Counted from the first letter of the stretch, positions 7,526-17,085 are shown. The stretch: DNA of 64,000 nt from Candidatus Rokuibacteriota bacterium (GCA_016184125.1 JACPDG010000043.1:15882-79881), one strand, 5' to 3'. A program made the numbers and translations. The notes: generated from the sequence alone by a model not told the origin.

Positions 7526-10500
7526 TCATCCGAAGTCGTGCGAGCGGACGGCCGGGGCGTTCACGCGGAGCGCGCGGACGCCGTCCGCGCGGATTGAAAT
7601 GACTCCATCCTGCGTTTGTAAGATCCCCTCGACCCAGAGGAACGGCGCGGCCACGAGCGTCAGGCGCTCGCGCGCGAACAGCGGCGGCTGGACGATCACG
7701 TTCGCGAGCCCCGTCTCGTCCTCGAGCGTCAGGAACACGAATCCCTTCGCGGTCCCCGGCCGCTGCCGCACGATGACGCCGCCCGCGATCGCGACGCGAG
7801 CGCCGTCGGCGAGACGGCGGAGATCGATCGCGCGGACCGCGCCGCGGCGGTCGAGCGCGTCCCGCAGCAGCGCGAGCGGGTGACGGCCGAGCGTCACGCC
7901 GGTGCCCGCGTAGTCGGCGGCGAGACGGTCGCGCGCCGCCATCTCCCGGAGCGGATGCGCGCGGGCCTCGCCGGCATCGGCGGGGTCGCGACCGTTCCCG
8001 CGCGCGCTCGCGGCGGTCCCGAACAGCGCGCCGGGCGACGGCACGGCCGCCTCCCACAGCATCGCGCGTCGCGTTCCGCCGAGCGAGGCGAGCGCGCCGA
8101 TCGCCGCGAGCTGCGTGAGCTCGTCGCGGTCGAGCCCGGTCCGGTGTGCGAGATCGTGCACGGAGGTGAACGGCCGCACGCGCCGCGCCGCGACGAGCGC
8201 CTGGCCCGCGCGCTCGCGCAGGCCCTTCACGTAGCGAAGCCCGAGCCGGACGGCGAAGCCGCCGCCGGACGCTTCGAGGGTGCAGCGCCAGTCCGATCGC
8301 GCGACGTCGACGGGCAGGATGCGCTGGCCGTGGCGCTGCGCGTCCTTCACGATCGTCGCCGGGTGGTAGAAGCCCATCGGCTGGTTGTTGAGCAGCGCCG
8401 CGTAGAACGCCGCGGGATGGCGCACCTTGAGGTAGGCGCTGGCGTACGCGAGCAGCGCGAAGCTCGACGCGTGCGCCTCGGGGAACCCGTAGAGCGCGAA
8501 CGACGTGATCGCGTGCACGATCTCGTCGGCGGCCGCGCCCTCGATCCCCTGGCGCGTGAGCCCGGCCCGCAGCTTCGTCTCGATCTCGACCATCCGCCGC
8601 TCGCTGCGCTTGAATCCGAACGCGCGCCGGAGCTCCTCCGCCTCGCTCGCGGTGAACCCGGCCGCGACCATCGCCATGCGGATGAGCTGTTCCTGGAAGA
8701 GCGGCACGCCGAGCGTGCGTTCGAGGATGGGCTGGAGCGAGGGGTGCGCGTACGTGACCGGCTCGCGGCCGCGCCGCCGCCGGATGTAGGGATGCACCAT
8801 GTTGCCGACGATCGGCCCGGGCCGGATGATCGCGACCTGCACGACGAGGTCGTAGAAGCGCTCGGGGTGCACGCGCGGGAGCGTCGCCATCTGCGCGCGG
8901 CTCTCGACCTGGAACACGCCGACCGTGTCCGCGGCCTGGAGACTGCGGTACACCTCCGGGTCGTCGGGCGGCAGGCGCGCCAGATCCACCTCCGCGCCCG
9001 TCTCGCGCACGAGCGCGAGCGCGTCCTGCAGCACGGACATCATGCCGAGCCCGAGCAGGTCGACCTTCACGATGCCGAGCGCGGCGCAGTCGTCCTTGTC
9101 CCACTGGATGACGACGCGGCCCGGCATGGTCGCGGGCTCGAGCGGCACCACGTCGTCGAGCCGCCCCGCGGCGATCACCATCCCGCCGGAGTGCTGGCCG
9201 AGATGACGCGGGAGATCCTGCACGGCGACCCAGAGGGCCGCGAACTTCCGGATGCGCGGATGGCGCGGATCGCAGCCCGCGTCGGCGAGGCGGTGGACGA
9301 GCGATGCACTCGGATCCTGGTAGCCCCAGGTGTCGACGAGCTTCGCGAGCCGGTCCTGGAGCTCCCCGGGGAGCCCGAGCGCCTTGCCGACCTCGCGCGC
9401 GGCGCTCCGACCGCGATACGTGATGACGTTCGCCGTCATGCCGGCGCCGAGACGCCCGTAGCGTCGGTAGACGTACTGGATCACGGCCTCTCGCCGCTCG
9501 CCGCTCGGCAGGTCGAGATCGATGTCCGGCCACTCGCCGCGCGCCTCGGACAGGAACCGCTCGAAGAGGAGATCCATGCCGACGGGATCGACGGCCGTGA
9601 TGCCGAGCGCGTAGCAGACGGCACTGTTGGCCGCCGATCCCCGCCCCTGCACGAGGATGTCGTTCGCGCGGCAGAAGTCGACGACGTCCCGCACGATGAG
9701 GAAGTACCCGGCGAGGTCGAGCCGGCCGATGATCGCGAGCTCGTGCTCGACCTGCCGGCGCGCGCGCGCCGCCAGCGGCCCGTGGCCGTACCGCTCGCGG
9801 ACGCCGCGCTCGACGAGCTCGGAGAGGTGTGCGAGCGGTGTCGAGCCCGGCGGCAGCGGGTAGTCCGGGAAGCGAGAGCCGAGGTCCTTGAGCGTGAACC
9901 CGAGCCGCATCGCGAGCTCCCCGGTCGCGTGGACGGCGTCCGGGAGGTCGGCGAAGATGCGGGTCATGTCCTCGCCGTTCCGCAGCCCGCGCTCCTCGTT
10001 CGCGAGGAGCGCGCGTCCTGCGTGGTCGAGGTCCGTCTTCTCGCGGATGCACGTGAACACGTCGGTCACCGCGCGCCCGGCCGGCCGCGCGTAGAGCGGC
10101 TGGTTGGCGGCGACGAGGCCGACGCCGGCGTCGCGCGCGAGCGTGACGAGGCGCTCGAGGCGCTTCTCCTGCTCGCGGTCGAACTGTCGCTGGACCTCGA
10201 CGAAGCACGAGGAGCGCCCGAAGATGCCGACGAGACGATCGAGCGTGGCGCGCGCGGCGGCGCGGTCGCCGGCCGCGACGGCGCGCGCGAGCGGTCCGTG
10301 CGCGCCGCCGGTGAGACAGACGAGTCCCGACGCGTACGCCTCGACGTCGTCCAGCGTGACGGCCGCCTGCCCCTTCGGCGCGGCGAGCTTGGCGCGCGTC
10401 AGGAGCCGGCACAGGTTCCGGTAGCCCTCCCGGTCCTCGACGAGCAGCGGCAGGCGCGAGCCGTCCGCGAGCGTCACCTCGCTGCCGACGAGCGCCTTGA

Positions 10501-10672
10501 GCCCCGCGTTCGCGGCGGCGCGATAGAACCGCGGCGCGCCGTACACGCCATCACGGTCGACGAGCGCGATCGCCGGCATCTCGAGACGCGCGGCCTCGGC
10601 GACGAGCGTCTCGGGCAGGTCGGCGGCCGCGAGAAACGAGAACGCGGACTGCGCGTGCAGCTCGATGAACAT
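7526..10672 (-). CDS. dnaE2: error-prone DNA polymerase DnaE2 (ImuC)
   Basis: MFIELHAQSAFSFL start, PHP domain and pol III alpha catalytic core; 1048 aa. Confidence 0.95.
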   Translation of the reverse strand: MFIELHAQSAFSFLAAADLPETLVAEAARLEMPAIALVDRDGVYGAPRFYRAAANAGLKALVGSEVTLADGSRLPLLVEDREGYRNLCRLLTRAKLAAPKGQAAVTLDDVEAYASGLVCLTGGAHGPLARAVAAGDRAAARATLDRLVGIFGRSSCFVEVQRQFDREQEKRLERLVTLARDAGVGLVAANQPLYARPAGRAVTDVFTCIREKTDLDHAGRALLANEERGLRNGEDMTRIFADLPDAVHATGELAMRLGFTLKDLGSRFPDYPLPPGSTPLAHLSELVERGVRERYGHGPLAARARRQVEHELAIIGRLDLAGYFLIVRDVVDFCRANDILVQGRGSAANSAVCYALGITAVDPVGMDLLFERFLSEARGEWPDIDLDLPSGERREAVIQYVYRRYGRLGAGMTANVITYRGRSAAREVGKALGLPGELQDRLAKLVDTWGYQDPSASLVHRLADAGCDPRHPRIRKFAALWVAVQDLPRHLGQHSGGMVIAAGRLDDVVPLEPATMPGRVVIQWDKDDCAALGIVKVDLLGLGMMSVLQDALALVRETGAEVDLARLPPDDPEVYRSLQAADTVGVFQVESRAQMATLPRVHPERFYDLVVQVAIIRPGPIVGNMVHPYIRRRRGREPVTYAHPSLQPILERTLGVPLFQEQLIRMAMVAAGFTASEAEELRRAFGFKRSERRMVEIETKLRAGLTRQGIEGAAADEIVHAITSFALYGFPEAHASSFALLAYASAYLKVRHPAAFYAALLNNQPMGFYHPATIVKDAQRHGQRILPVDVARSDWRCTLEASGGGFAVRLGLRYVKGLRERAGQALVAARRVRPFTSVHDLAHRTGLDRDELTQLAAIGALASLGGTRRAMLWEAAVPSPGALFGTAASARGNGRDPADAGEARAHPLREMAARDRLAADYAGTGVTLGRHPLALLRDALDRRGAVRAIDLRRLADGARVAIAGGVIVRQRPGTAKGFVFLTLEDETGLANVIVQPPLFARERLTLVAAPFLWVEGILQTQDGVISIRADGVRALRVNAPAVRSHDFG

Positions 10673-10674
10673 CT

Positions 10675-10752
10675 GATCATGGGGGGACTACCGAAGCCCC
10701 CCATACCCCCCGGCGCTCGGAGCGCCCCGGCCCAGCCGTGGCGCTCCTCGAC
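10675..10752 (+). repeat. family A repeat, copy A2, in the 100-bp gap between imuB and dnaE2
   Basis: TCATGGGGGGACTACCGAAGCCCCCCATACCCCCC...CGCTCGG...CTCCTCGA. Confidence 0.8.
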
Positions 10753-10774
10753 GACACGCTTCGTTCACGGGCCC

Positions 10775-12565
10775 TCAGTCGTACGCTCCGTCGAGATACC
10801 ACTCGCCGGTCATCCGGTCGCGCGCGAGACGGCACAGCATGCCGTCCGCGAGCGCGACGTCCCACTCCTCGCGCGCCCACCCGTTCGTCGTCCACCACTC
10901 GCCCGACGTGCGCCACGGCCCTGCGCTCGCGACGATCGCTTGCGGGCGTGACACACCACCGAGCGCGTCGTGGAACGCCACCTGCACCGGCGCGTCATCC
11001 ACGAGCGTGACGTCGACCCGGCGCGGCGGCCGAACACGCCGGAACGCGAGCGGCATGGTCGGCAGCGACCGCGGCGCGCCCGCATCAGCGTCCGCCCCGG
11101 ACGTCGATGGCACCGTGGCGTCACCGTCGCCGTCCCACACCGGCACCTCGCCGTCGTCGCCGTCCCGCCACGCGTCGTCGTCCGAGAGTTCGAGCAACAA
11201 TCGACCGCCGGGCGGTCGATTGTTGGCTCGAACTGAGTCGGCGACGCGCGGCGGCGCGAACGGCACGAGCGTCACCGGATCGGCGCGATGCGAGTCGAGG
11301 ATCACCGGCGAGCCGACGTTGTCGCGGCCGACGAGCGTCGCGAGCCGGACCAGCGTCTCGGTCAGGTCGCGCAGCGCGGGACCGGGACGTTCGCCGAGCC
11401 TCGCCTGCGCCGCCTCCGCGCGGACGGCGCGCGCGCTCACCGCGACGCGGGTGACCGGCGCCGAGGGTGGACGCGCCTCGAGCTCGAGCGCGACGAGGAC
11501 CAGCATCGGCCGTGGATCGCACGACGGCGACGCGAGCGCCACCGTGCGCACATCGTGGGCGCCGCTCGCGAGCGCGAGCTCGAGCCGCAGCGTGTCGGCC
11601 GACACGTGCCCGGCGGCAAGACGCGCCGTGAGCCGCTCGAGCAGCTGCCGGAGCATCGGCTCGAGCCCGCTCCACGTGTCGACCTCCCAGTCGAGCCCCT
11701 GCGCTTCCTGCCAGAACGGCGGCGGCGACCACGGCCGGAACGCTGTCCGGTCGTGGCCGAGCGCCTCGTCCTGCGCGTCGAGCCCTGCCCGGCCGAGCCG
11801 CGTTCCGAGGCCGTCACGAGGCAGCGCCGCGAGCTCGCCGAGCGTCACGACGCCCCAGCGCGCGAACGTCTCGGCGAGCGGCGGCGCCAGATCGAGGACG
11901 GCGAGCGGCACCGCGCCGAGCGCGTCGCGCTCACATCCAGGCGGGACGACGTGGCAGCGGGACGCGATGGACGTCTCCGCAGGCTCAGGGCCCGTGAACG
12001 CATCCGCGGATCGAGCCGCACGCAAACCCGAGGAGCGCCGCGGGTCCCCCGCGGCGCTTCCGAGCGCGGGGGGTTTGGGGGGCTTCGTTAGTCCCCCCAT
12101 GATGGAGAGTCCGGCGATGCGCGCGGCCGTCCGGGTCCCCGCCACGCCGACGGTCGCGTCGAGCCCGACGCCGCGCGCGGCGCGCACGAGCCGCTCCGCG
12201 ATGCGCCCGTCGTCTCCGAGCAATCGCGCGAGCCCGGCGAGGTCGACGGAGACGATCCCTGGCCCGCCGTCTTCCACGCGTGGCGACACCCCGAGCGCGG
12301 CTTCGAGCAGCGCGTGCTGCGCGAGCGTGGCGCGCTCGTCGGACACGGCGCGGACCGCGAGCGCGACGCAGCGGGCGCGTGCTTCGGTCTCCGTCATCCC
12401 CGGCACGACACCCGCGGCGCGAGCAGCATCGCTCGCCTCGACGATGCGCCGCGCGGGCGGCGTCCCCGTCACCACCGCCAGGGGTCGATCCCGCAGGTCC
12501 GGCTCGCACCGCGCGTGCGCGGCCGCGGCGAAGTGGTCGACGAGCAGGCAGCCGAAGCGGTTCAT
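10775..12565 (-). CDS. imuB: ImuB (Y-family polymerase-like mutasome subunit), carrying two in-frame repeat-derived insertions
   Basis: MNRFGCLLVDHFAAAA...UmuC-like N-terminal domain. ATGA overlap with the imuA stop. The ORF remains open through a family A copy (12039-12103) and a family B palindrome (11186-11236). Confidence 0.8.
   Translation of the reverse strand: MNRFGCLLVDHFAAAAHARCEPDLRDRPLAVVTGTPPARRIVEASDAARAAGVVPGMTETEARARCVALAVRAVSDERATLAQHALLEAALGVSPRVEDGGPGIVSVDLAGLARLLGDDGRIAERLVRAARGVGLDATVGVAGTRTAARIAGLSIMGGLTKPPKPPALGSAAGDPRRSSGLRAARSADAFTGPEPAETSIASRCHVVPPGCERDALGAVPLAVLDLAPPLAETFARWGVVTLGELAALPRDGLGTRLGRAGLDAQDEALGHDRTAFRPWSPPPFWQEAQGLDWEVDTWSGLEPMLRQLLERLTARLAAGHVSADTLRLELALASGAHDVRTVALASPSCDPRPMLVLVALELEARPPSAPVTRVAVSARAVRAEAAQARLGERPGPALRDLTETLVRLATLVGRDNVGSPVILDSHRADPVTLVPFAPPRVADSVRANNRPPGGRLLLELSDDDAWRDGDDGEVPVWDGDGDATVPSTSGADADAGAPRSLPTMPLAFRRVRPPRRVDVTLVDDAPVQVAFHDALGGVSRPQAIVASAGPWRTSGEWWTTNGWAREEWDVALADGMLCRLARDRMTGEWYLDGAYD
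11186..11236. repeat. family B 50-bp palindrome, copy B1, inside imuB
   Basis: GAGTTCGAGCAACAATCGACCGCC-GG-GCGGTCGATTGTTGGCTCGAACT; encodes ...ANNRPPGGRLLLE... in frame. Confidence 0.8.
12039..12103 (-). repeat. family A repeat, copy A3 (reverse orientation), inside imuB
   Basis: Reverse complement reads CCATCATGGGGGGACTAACGAAGCCCCCCAAACCCCCCGCGCTCGGAAGCGCC; encodes ...SIMGGLTKPPKPPALGSAAG... in frame. Confidence 0.75.
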
Positions 12566-13146
12566 GCGCTGAACCGCGCGGCTCCGGGCCACGCGCGGGC
12601 ACGCGGATGGCGTGCCGCGTGCGGCCGCAGGAGGTGCAGCCGCGTGCGCATGGCGGCGAGTCGCGTCGCTCGCGTCCCCGGCCCGGTCCACTCGAGCGCG
12701 TCCTGCACGGTCTCGATCACGAGCGCGGCGCCGGAGCCGGCGACATGACGGCGGCCGAGCAGGACCAGGGCTGCGCGCGTGCGTCGCACCGCGAGCTTGA
12801 GCCGGAACGCGGTCTCGAGCGAGAGCCGCGGCGGCACGTCTCCCGTGTCGAGCGCGACGAGCGCGAACCCGGGGCGACGGACGAGCACGTCGGTCGCGCG
12901 CAGCGCGACCGACCGGCGTCCGGCGCACCGCACCCACAGCAGGCGCCGGAGGTCGACGCCCGCACGCGCGGCCGCGGCGGGATCGAACGCCTCGTCGGTG
13001 TCGACGAGCCCCGCCACGCCGCCGTTCGCGGTGGCGCGCGCAAGCCACGCGAACAGGAGACTCGTGCGGCCGGAGGAGAGCCGGCCGACGATCTCGGTGA
13101 TCTCCGAGAGAGGCGGAAACTCGGGATACATCGCATTTACCTGCAC
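12562..13146 (-). CDS. imuA: ImuA (RecA-fold SOS mutasome component)
   Basis: GRLSSGRTSLLFAWLARATANGGVAGLVDTDEAFDP is a RecA/SulA-like P-loop-degenerate core. Sits upstream of imuB-dnaE2. Confidence 0.8.
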   Translation of the reverse strand: MQVNAMYPEFPPLSEITEIVGRLSSGRTSLLFAWLARATANGGVAGLVDTDEAFDPAAAARAGVDLRRLLWVRCAGRRSVALRATDVLVRRPGFALVALDTGDVPPRLSLETAFRLKLAVRRTRAALVLLGRRHVAGSGAALVIETVQDALEWTGPGTRATRLAAMRTRLHLLRPHAARHPRARAWPGAARFSA

Positions 13147-13183
13147 GCAGCGCGCGGCGCAGCCACATAGCGTCGTGCATGCC

Positions 13184-13203
13184 CGTGATCTATCCTTATC
13201 ACG
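13184..13203. promoter_or_regulatory. palindrome CGTGAT-N8-ATCACG, 38 bp upstream of imuA; candidate SOS (LexA-type) operator
   Basis: Perfect 6-bp inverted arms in the divergent imuA/oxidoreductase promoter region. It does not match any LexA consensus I can name, so this is inference only. Confidence 0.3.
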
Positions 13204-13384
13204 TGTTGAGTGTTGCGCAAGACCGCAGATATCGGGGCGTGGTTCCGGCGTGCCGCTACATCCTGTGTTCCTGGCGCATCGGGTGATCTCGGCCCCGGGG
13301 TAGCGTCACCGTGCGCTGTCGCACGACCACTGGCCTTCGCCTTGCAGTCCTGATGAAAAAAACACGTTCGTGGGAAGCAAGGAG

Positions 13385-14467
13385 ATGCCGAAGCAGCTTG
13401 GGTATGCCGTGGTCGGCCTCGGCGATATCGCCCTCCGGGCGGTGCTGCCTGCGTTCGCAGGTGCCGCCGAGAACTCGAAGCTCGTGGCCGTCGTGTCCGG
13501 AGATCGCGCCAAGGCGCAGGCGCTCGCCCAGGAGTTCCGCGCGACGCCCTACCACTACGACGAGTTCCGCCAGTGCATCACGCGCGACGACGTCAACGCG
13601 GTCTACATCGCGCTCCCGAACTCGATGCACTGCGACTACACCGTCGAGGCGGCGCGCGCCGGCGTCCACGTGCTCTGCGAGAAGCCGATGGCGGTCACCG
13701 CCGACGAGTGCCGCCGCATGCTCCGGACCTGCCAGACGAACCGCGCCAAGTTGATGATCGCCTACCGGCTGCACTTCCAGCCGGCGAACCTCCGCGCCAT
13801 CGAGCTCGTGCGCACCGGGCAGATCGGCCTGCCGAAGACCTTCAGCTCGGACTTCAGCATCAAGGTGGACGACCCGGACGACATCCGCCTGCAGCGCCGG
13901 CTCGGCGGCGGCACGGTGTACGACCTCGGCGTCTCCTGCATCAACACCGCGCGGAACCTCTTTGCCGCCGAGCCGGCGCAGGTGATGGCCATGACCGGGC
14001 GCACGACGCGCCGCTACGGCGGCGACGTCGACGAGGGCACGGTGGCGCTCATCCGGTTCCCCGACGAGCGGCTCGCGCATTTCCACACGAGCTTCGGTGA
14101 GGAGAAGAAGTCCGAGTTCACCATCTTCGGCGAGGACGGGTTCATCCGGCTCCTCGACGCGTACCCTCCCCACGCGCCGATGACGCTCGAGCTCGTGCGG
14201 GGCGGGCACGTCGAGACGATGCACTTCGAGGCCACGGACCAGTTCGCGGCGGAGATCAGTTATTTCTCCGATTGCATCCAGAAGGATCGCCAACCCGAAC
14301 CCTCGGGGGTCGAGGGACTCCAGGACGTCCGCCTCGTCGAGGCGATCTATCGGTCGGCGCGCGATGGCCGGCCGGTGACCCTGCCGCGACTCCAGCGCGT
14401 CGACGCGGCCCCCACGCCGGATCAGGAGATCCGCAAGCGGGCGGTCGAGCGACGCCACGCGAGCTGA
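13385..14467 (+). CDS. Gfo/Idh/MocA family NAD(P)-dependent oxidoreductase
   Basis: LGYAVVGLGDIA Rossmann N-terminus...EKPMA motif; AAGGAG ribosome-binding site before the ATG at 13385. Confidence 0.9.
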   Translation: MPKQLGYAVVGLGDIALRAVLPAFAGAAENSKLVAVVSGDRAKAQALAQEFRATPYHYDEFRQCITRDDVNAVYIALPNSMHCDYTVEAARAGVHVLCEKPMAVTADECRRMLRTCQTNRAKLMIAYRLHFQPANLRAIELVRTGQIGLPKTFSSDFSIKVDDPDDIRLQRRLGGGTVYDLGVSCINTARNLFAAEPAQVMAMTGRTTRRYGGDVDEGTVALIRFPDERLAHFHTSFGEEKKSEFTIFGEDGFIRLLDAYPPHAPMTLELVRGGHVETMHFEATDQFAAEISYFSDCIQKDRQPEPSGVEGLQDVRLVEAIYRSARDGRPVTLPRLQRVDAAPTPDQEIRKRAVERRHAS

Positions 14468-14553
14468 CGCGGCGAGCGGCGCGCGCGCCGGGGGCCGGAC
14501 GGGCGCGCGCGTCGCAAGCAGTCACGTTACCGGCCAAGGGAGGAACCAGACCC

Positions 14554-15102
14554 ATGGAGTCATGGAAGCGCATCACCACCCTCACCGTGGCGGTCCTGCT
14601 CGTCGCAGGGCCGGCGTGGGCGCAGGGCACGAGCACCTCGGGCGAGAAGGCGAAGCCCGGTACGTCCGCCTCCGGGCCCGCTGCGTCGGGCACGACGGAC
14701 AAGGCCGACAAGGGCGGCACCGCGGGAACGATGGACAAGGCCGAGAAGCGCGGCGAGATGGCCAAGGGCGACCGCGACGGCAAGGGTGGCACCGCCAGGG
14801 GAGGCCAGAACCAGGAGCAGATCAAGGCCGTTCAGGAGGCGCTCAAGGACAAGGGCCACGATCCCGGCGAGATCGACGGGCTGATGGGCCCCAAGACGAA
14901 GGCCGCCCTGCGTGACTTCCAGCAGAAGGAAGGCCTGAAGGAGTCCGGGCGGCTCGACAAGGAGACGATGGCGAAGCTCGGTGTCGAGATGAAGGCCGGT
15001 GCCGCGGACACGTCGAGCCCCGCGGCCTCGCCGGGGACCGGTGACAAGTCCGGCGCGGCCCCAGGAAGCGCGCCGAGCACGGGCGGCGCGCAGAAGAAGT
15101 AG
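14554..15102 (+). CDS. secreted peptidoglycan-binding (PG_binding_1) domain protein
   Basis: Signal peptide MESWKRITTLTVAVLLVAGPAWA; low-complexity Gly/Lys region; C-terminal QEALKDKGHDPGEIDGLMGPKTKAALRDFQ PG-binding motif. AAGGGAGG ribosome-binding site. Confidence 0.7.
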   Translation: MESWKRITTLTVAVLLVAGPAWAQGTSTSGEKAKPGTSASGPAASGTTDKADKGGTAGTMDKAEKRGEMAKGDRDGKGGTARGGQNQEQIKAVQEALKDKGHDPGEIDGLMGPKTKAALRDFQQKEGLKESGRLDKETMAKLGVEMKAGAADTSSPAASPGTGDKSGAAPGSAPSTGGAQKK

Positions 15103-15224
15103 CGCGCCGGGCGCTGCCAGCACGGAGGCCGGGAGGATGCCTTCCGGCCTCCGTCACGTCCCGGGACGGCGCCTGATCGCACCGCCGACGTCCGCGATCC
15201 GCGGCCCGAACCAGAAGGAGACGC

Positions 15225-16478
15225 ATGCCGAGGTCCCGCTGTCCCGTCGTGGTGCTCACCGCGCTGCTGCTGGCGGTGACGGGCTGCGCGCGCGTCCATC
15301 CCCATCTCGCGCTGCCCGCGATGGCCCTCGGCGAACCATCGTTCTTCCCGACGATCGAGGCGTACACCGCGGCGCCGATCGTCGGCGGCAACACCGTCGA
15401 GGTGCTCCTGAACGGCGAGGAGATCTTCCCGGCGGTCATCGACGCGGTGCGCGCCGCCCGGCGCACGATCACGTACGCGCAGTACTACTGGGAGGACGGC
15501 CCGGTGGCGGGCGAGCTCGCCGAGGCGATCGCCGAGCGCTGCCGCGCCGGTGTCGGCGGCAACATCCTGCTCGACTCGTTCGGGACCCTCGCAATGCCCA
15601 CGGAGCACGTCGACCTGATGAAGCGCGCCGGCTGTCACGTCGCGTTCTTCCGGCCGCTGACCCGCACGATCTTCGGCCGAGCGAACAACCGCAATCACCG
15701 GCGCGTCCTCGTCGTCGACGGGCGGGTCGGGTTCATCGGCGGCTCGGGCGTGAGCCGCAAGTGGATGGGCAATGGCCGCATCGCCGACCACTGGCGCGAC
15801 ACCGACGTGCGCCTGGAGGGGCCGGTCGTCGAGTACCTGCAGGGCGCCTTCGCCGAGAACTGGCTCGAGGCCACCGGCGTGGTGCTTGGCGGTGAGGCAT
15901 ACTTCCCCCGCCCGCTCGCCCCGCGCGGATCCGTCTACGCGCAGATCGTGCGCAGCTCGCCCGCCGGCGGCAGCTTCGCGATGTACACGACGTTCCTGCT
16001 CGCCATGGCGTCGGCGCGGCGCTCGGTCTACATCACGAACCCGTACTTCGTGCTCGACGAGGCGATGGCGAACGCGCTGCTGAGCGCCGTGCGCCGTGGC
16101 GCGCGCGTCGTGGTCCTCGTGCCCGGCGCGATCGACCACAACATCGTCCGGCAGGCCAGCCGCGGGCAGTTCGGGCGGATGTTGCGAGGCGGCGTCGAGA
16201 TCTACGAGTATCGGGCGGGGCTGCTGCACGCCAAGACCATGGTGATCGACGGCGTCTGGTCGACGGTGGGCAGCACCAACCTCGACAACCGGTCGTTCGC
16301 CCTGAACGAGGAGCTGAACGTCGTGATCTACAGCGCCACGGTGGCGCGGCGATTCGAGGCGATCTTCCTGGACGACCTCGCCCACTCGGGGAAGGTCGAG
16401 TACCGGGACTGGCGCAAGCGCGGACTCGGGGACCGCGTGCTGGAGCTCCTGTCGTGGCCCATCCGCGACTGGCTCTGA
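15225..16478 (+). CDS. cardiolipin synthase / phospholipase D family lipoprotein
   Basis: Two HKD motifs (HRRVLVVDG..., LHAKTMVIDG...); lipobox LLLAVTGC. Confidence 0.9.
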   Translation: MPRSRCPVVVLTALLLAVTGCARVHPHLALPAMALGEPSFFPTIEAYTAAPIVGGNTVEVLLNGEEIFPAVIDAVRAARRTITYAQYYWEDGPVAGELAEAIAERCRAGVGGNILLDSFGTLAMPTEHVDLMKRAGCHVAFFRPLTRTIFGRANNRNHRRVLVVDGRVGFIGGSGVSRKWMGNGRIADHWRDTDVRLEGPVVEYLQGAFAENWLEATGVVLGGEAYFPRPLAPRGSVYAQIVRSSPAGGSFAMYTTFLLAMASARRSVYITNPYFVLDEAMANALLSAVRRGARVVVLVPGAIDHNIVRQASRGQFGRMLRGGVEIYEYRAGLLHAKTMVIDGVWSTVGSTNLDNRSFALNEELNVVIYSATVARRFEAIFLDDLAHSGKVEYRDWRKRGLGDRVLELLSWPIRDWL

Positions 16479-16535
16479 GAACACGGCGAGGGGGACGGCG
16501 CCCGGGATGGCCCCCCGCCGCCCGACCGTTCGCCG

Positions 16536-16793
16536 TTACACGCGATAGCGTCCCGGCGCCACGAGGCGGTAGAGCGCGAGGATGACGATCGCGCCCACCA
16601 CCGCCATCAGAAAGCCTGCCGCCTCGCCTTCCCGGTAGAACCCGAGCACCCGGCCCAGCCAGCCCCCGAGCATCGCGCCGACGATCCCGAGGATGATGGT
16701 CAGGATGATCCCGCCCGGATCGCGGCCCGGCATGATGAACTTCGCCACGATCCCGACGACGAGTCCGAACACGATCCACAACAGGATGTCCAT
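16536..16793 (-). CDS. GlsB/YeaQ/YmgE family (transglycosylase-associated) membrane protein
   Basis: MDILLWIVFGLVVGIVAKFIMPGRDPGGIILTIILGIVGAMLGGWLG; ~85 aa. Confidence 0.7.
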   Translation of the reverse strand: MDILLWIVFGLVVGIVAKFIMPGRDPGGIILTIILGIVGAMLGGWLGRVLGFYREGEAAGFLMAVVGAIVILALYRLVAPGRYRV

Positions 16794-16896
16794 CCCCTGC
16801 CACTCCTTTCGCCGGAAGGCCTCTCCGGCTCGCTGGGATGGACGAGGTTGCACACCGGGTGCCAGCGGCGAGCGACGGGTAAGCCTACGGTAAGCC

Positions 16897-17085
16897 TTAC
16901 TTGTCGCGGTCGGTGAACGTGCCGACCACGCGGCTGGCGCCGAGCGCGGTCAGCCCGATCAGCGGCACGCTGAGAACAGCGGGAAGCAGGGCATCCTCGA
17001 ACGGCAAGGTCATCGCGGCCTTGAAGACTTCGACGCCCACGATGTTACAGAACAGGAAAAATACGACCCAGGACCACCGACGCAT
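16897..17085 (-). CDS. small hypothetical membrane protein (62 aa)
   Basis: MRRWSWVVFFLFCNIVGVEVF...two hydrophobic segments; no homology recognised. Confidence 0.3.
   Translation of the reverse strand: MRRWSWVVFFLFCNIVGVEVFKAAMTLPFEDALLPAVLSVPLIGLTALGASRVVGTFTDRDK

Noticed and set aside
13141-13260. Match to a named LexA consensus (CTGT-N8-ACAG, GAAC-N4-GTTC, GTTC-N7-GTTC) upstream of imuA
   Set aside because: None of these motifs is present. Only the novel CGTGAT-N8-ATCACG palindrome is, so the SOS-box call is kept as a low-confidence inference rather than a consensus match.
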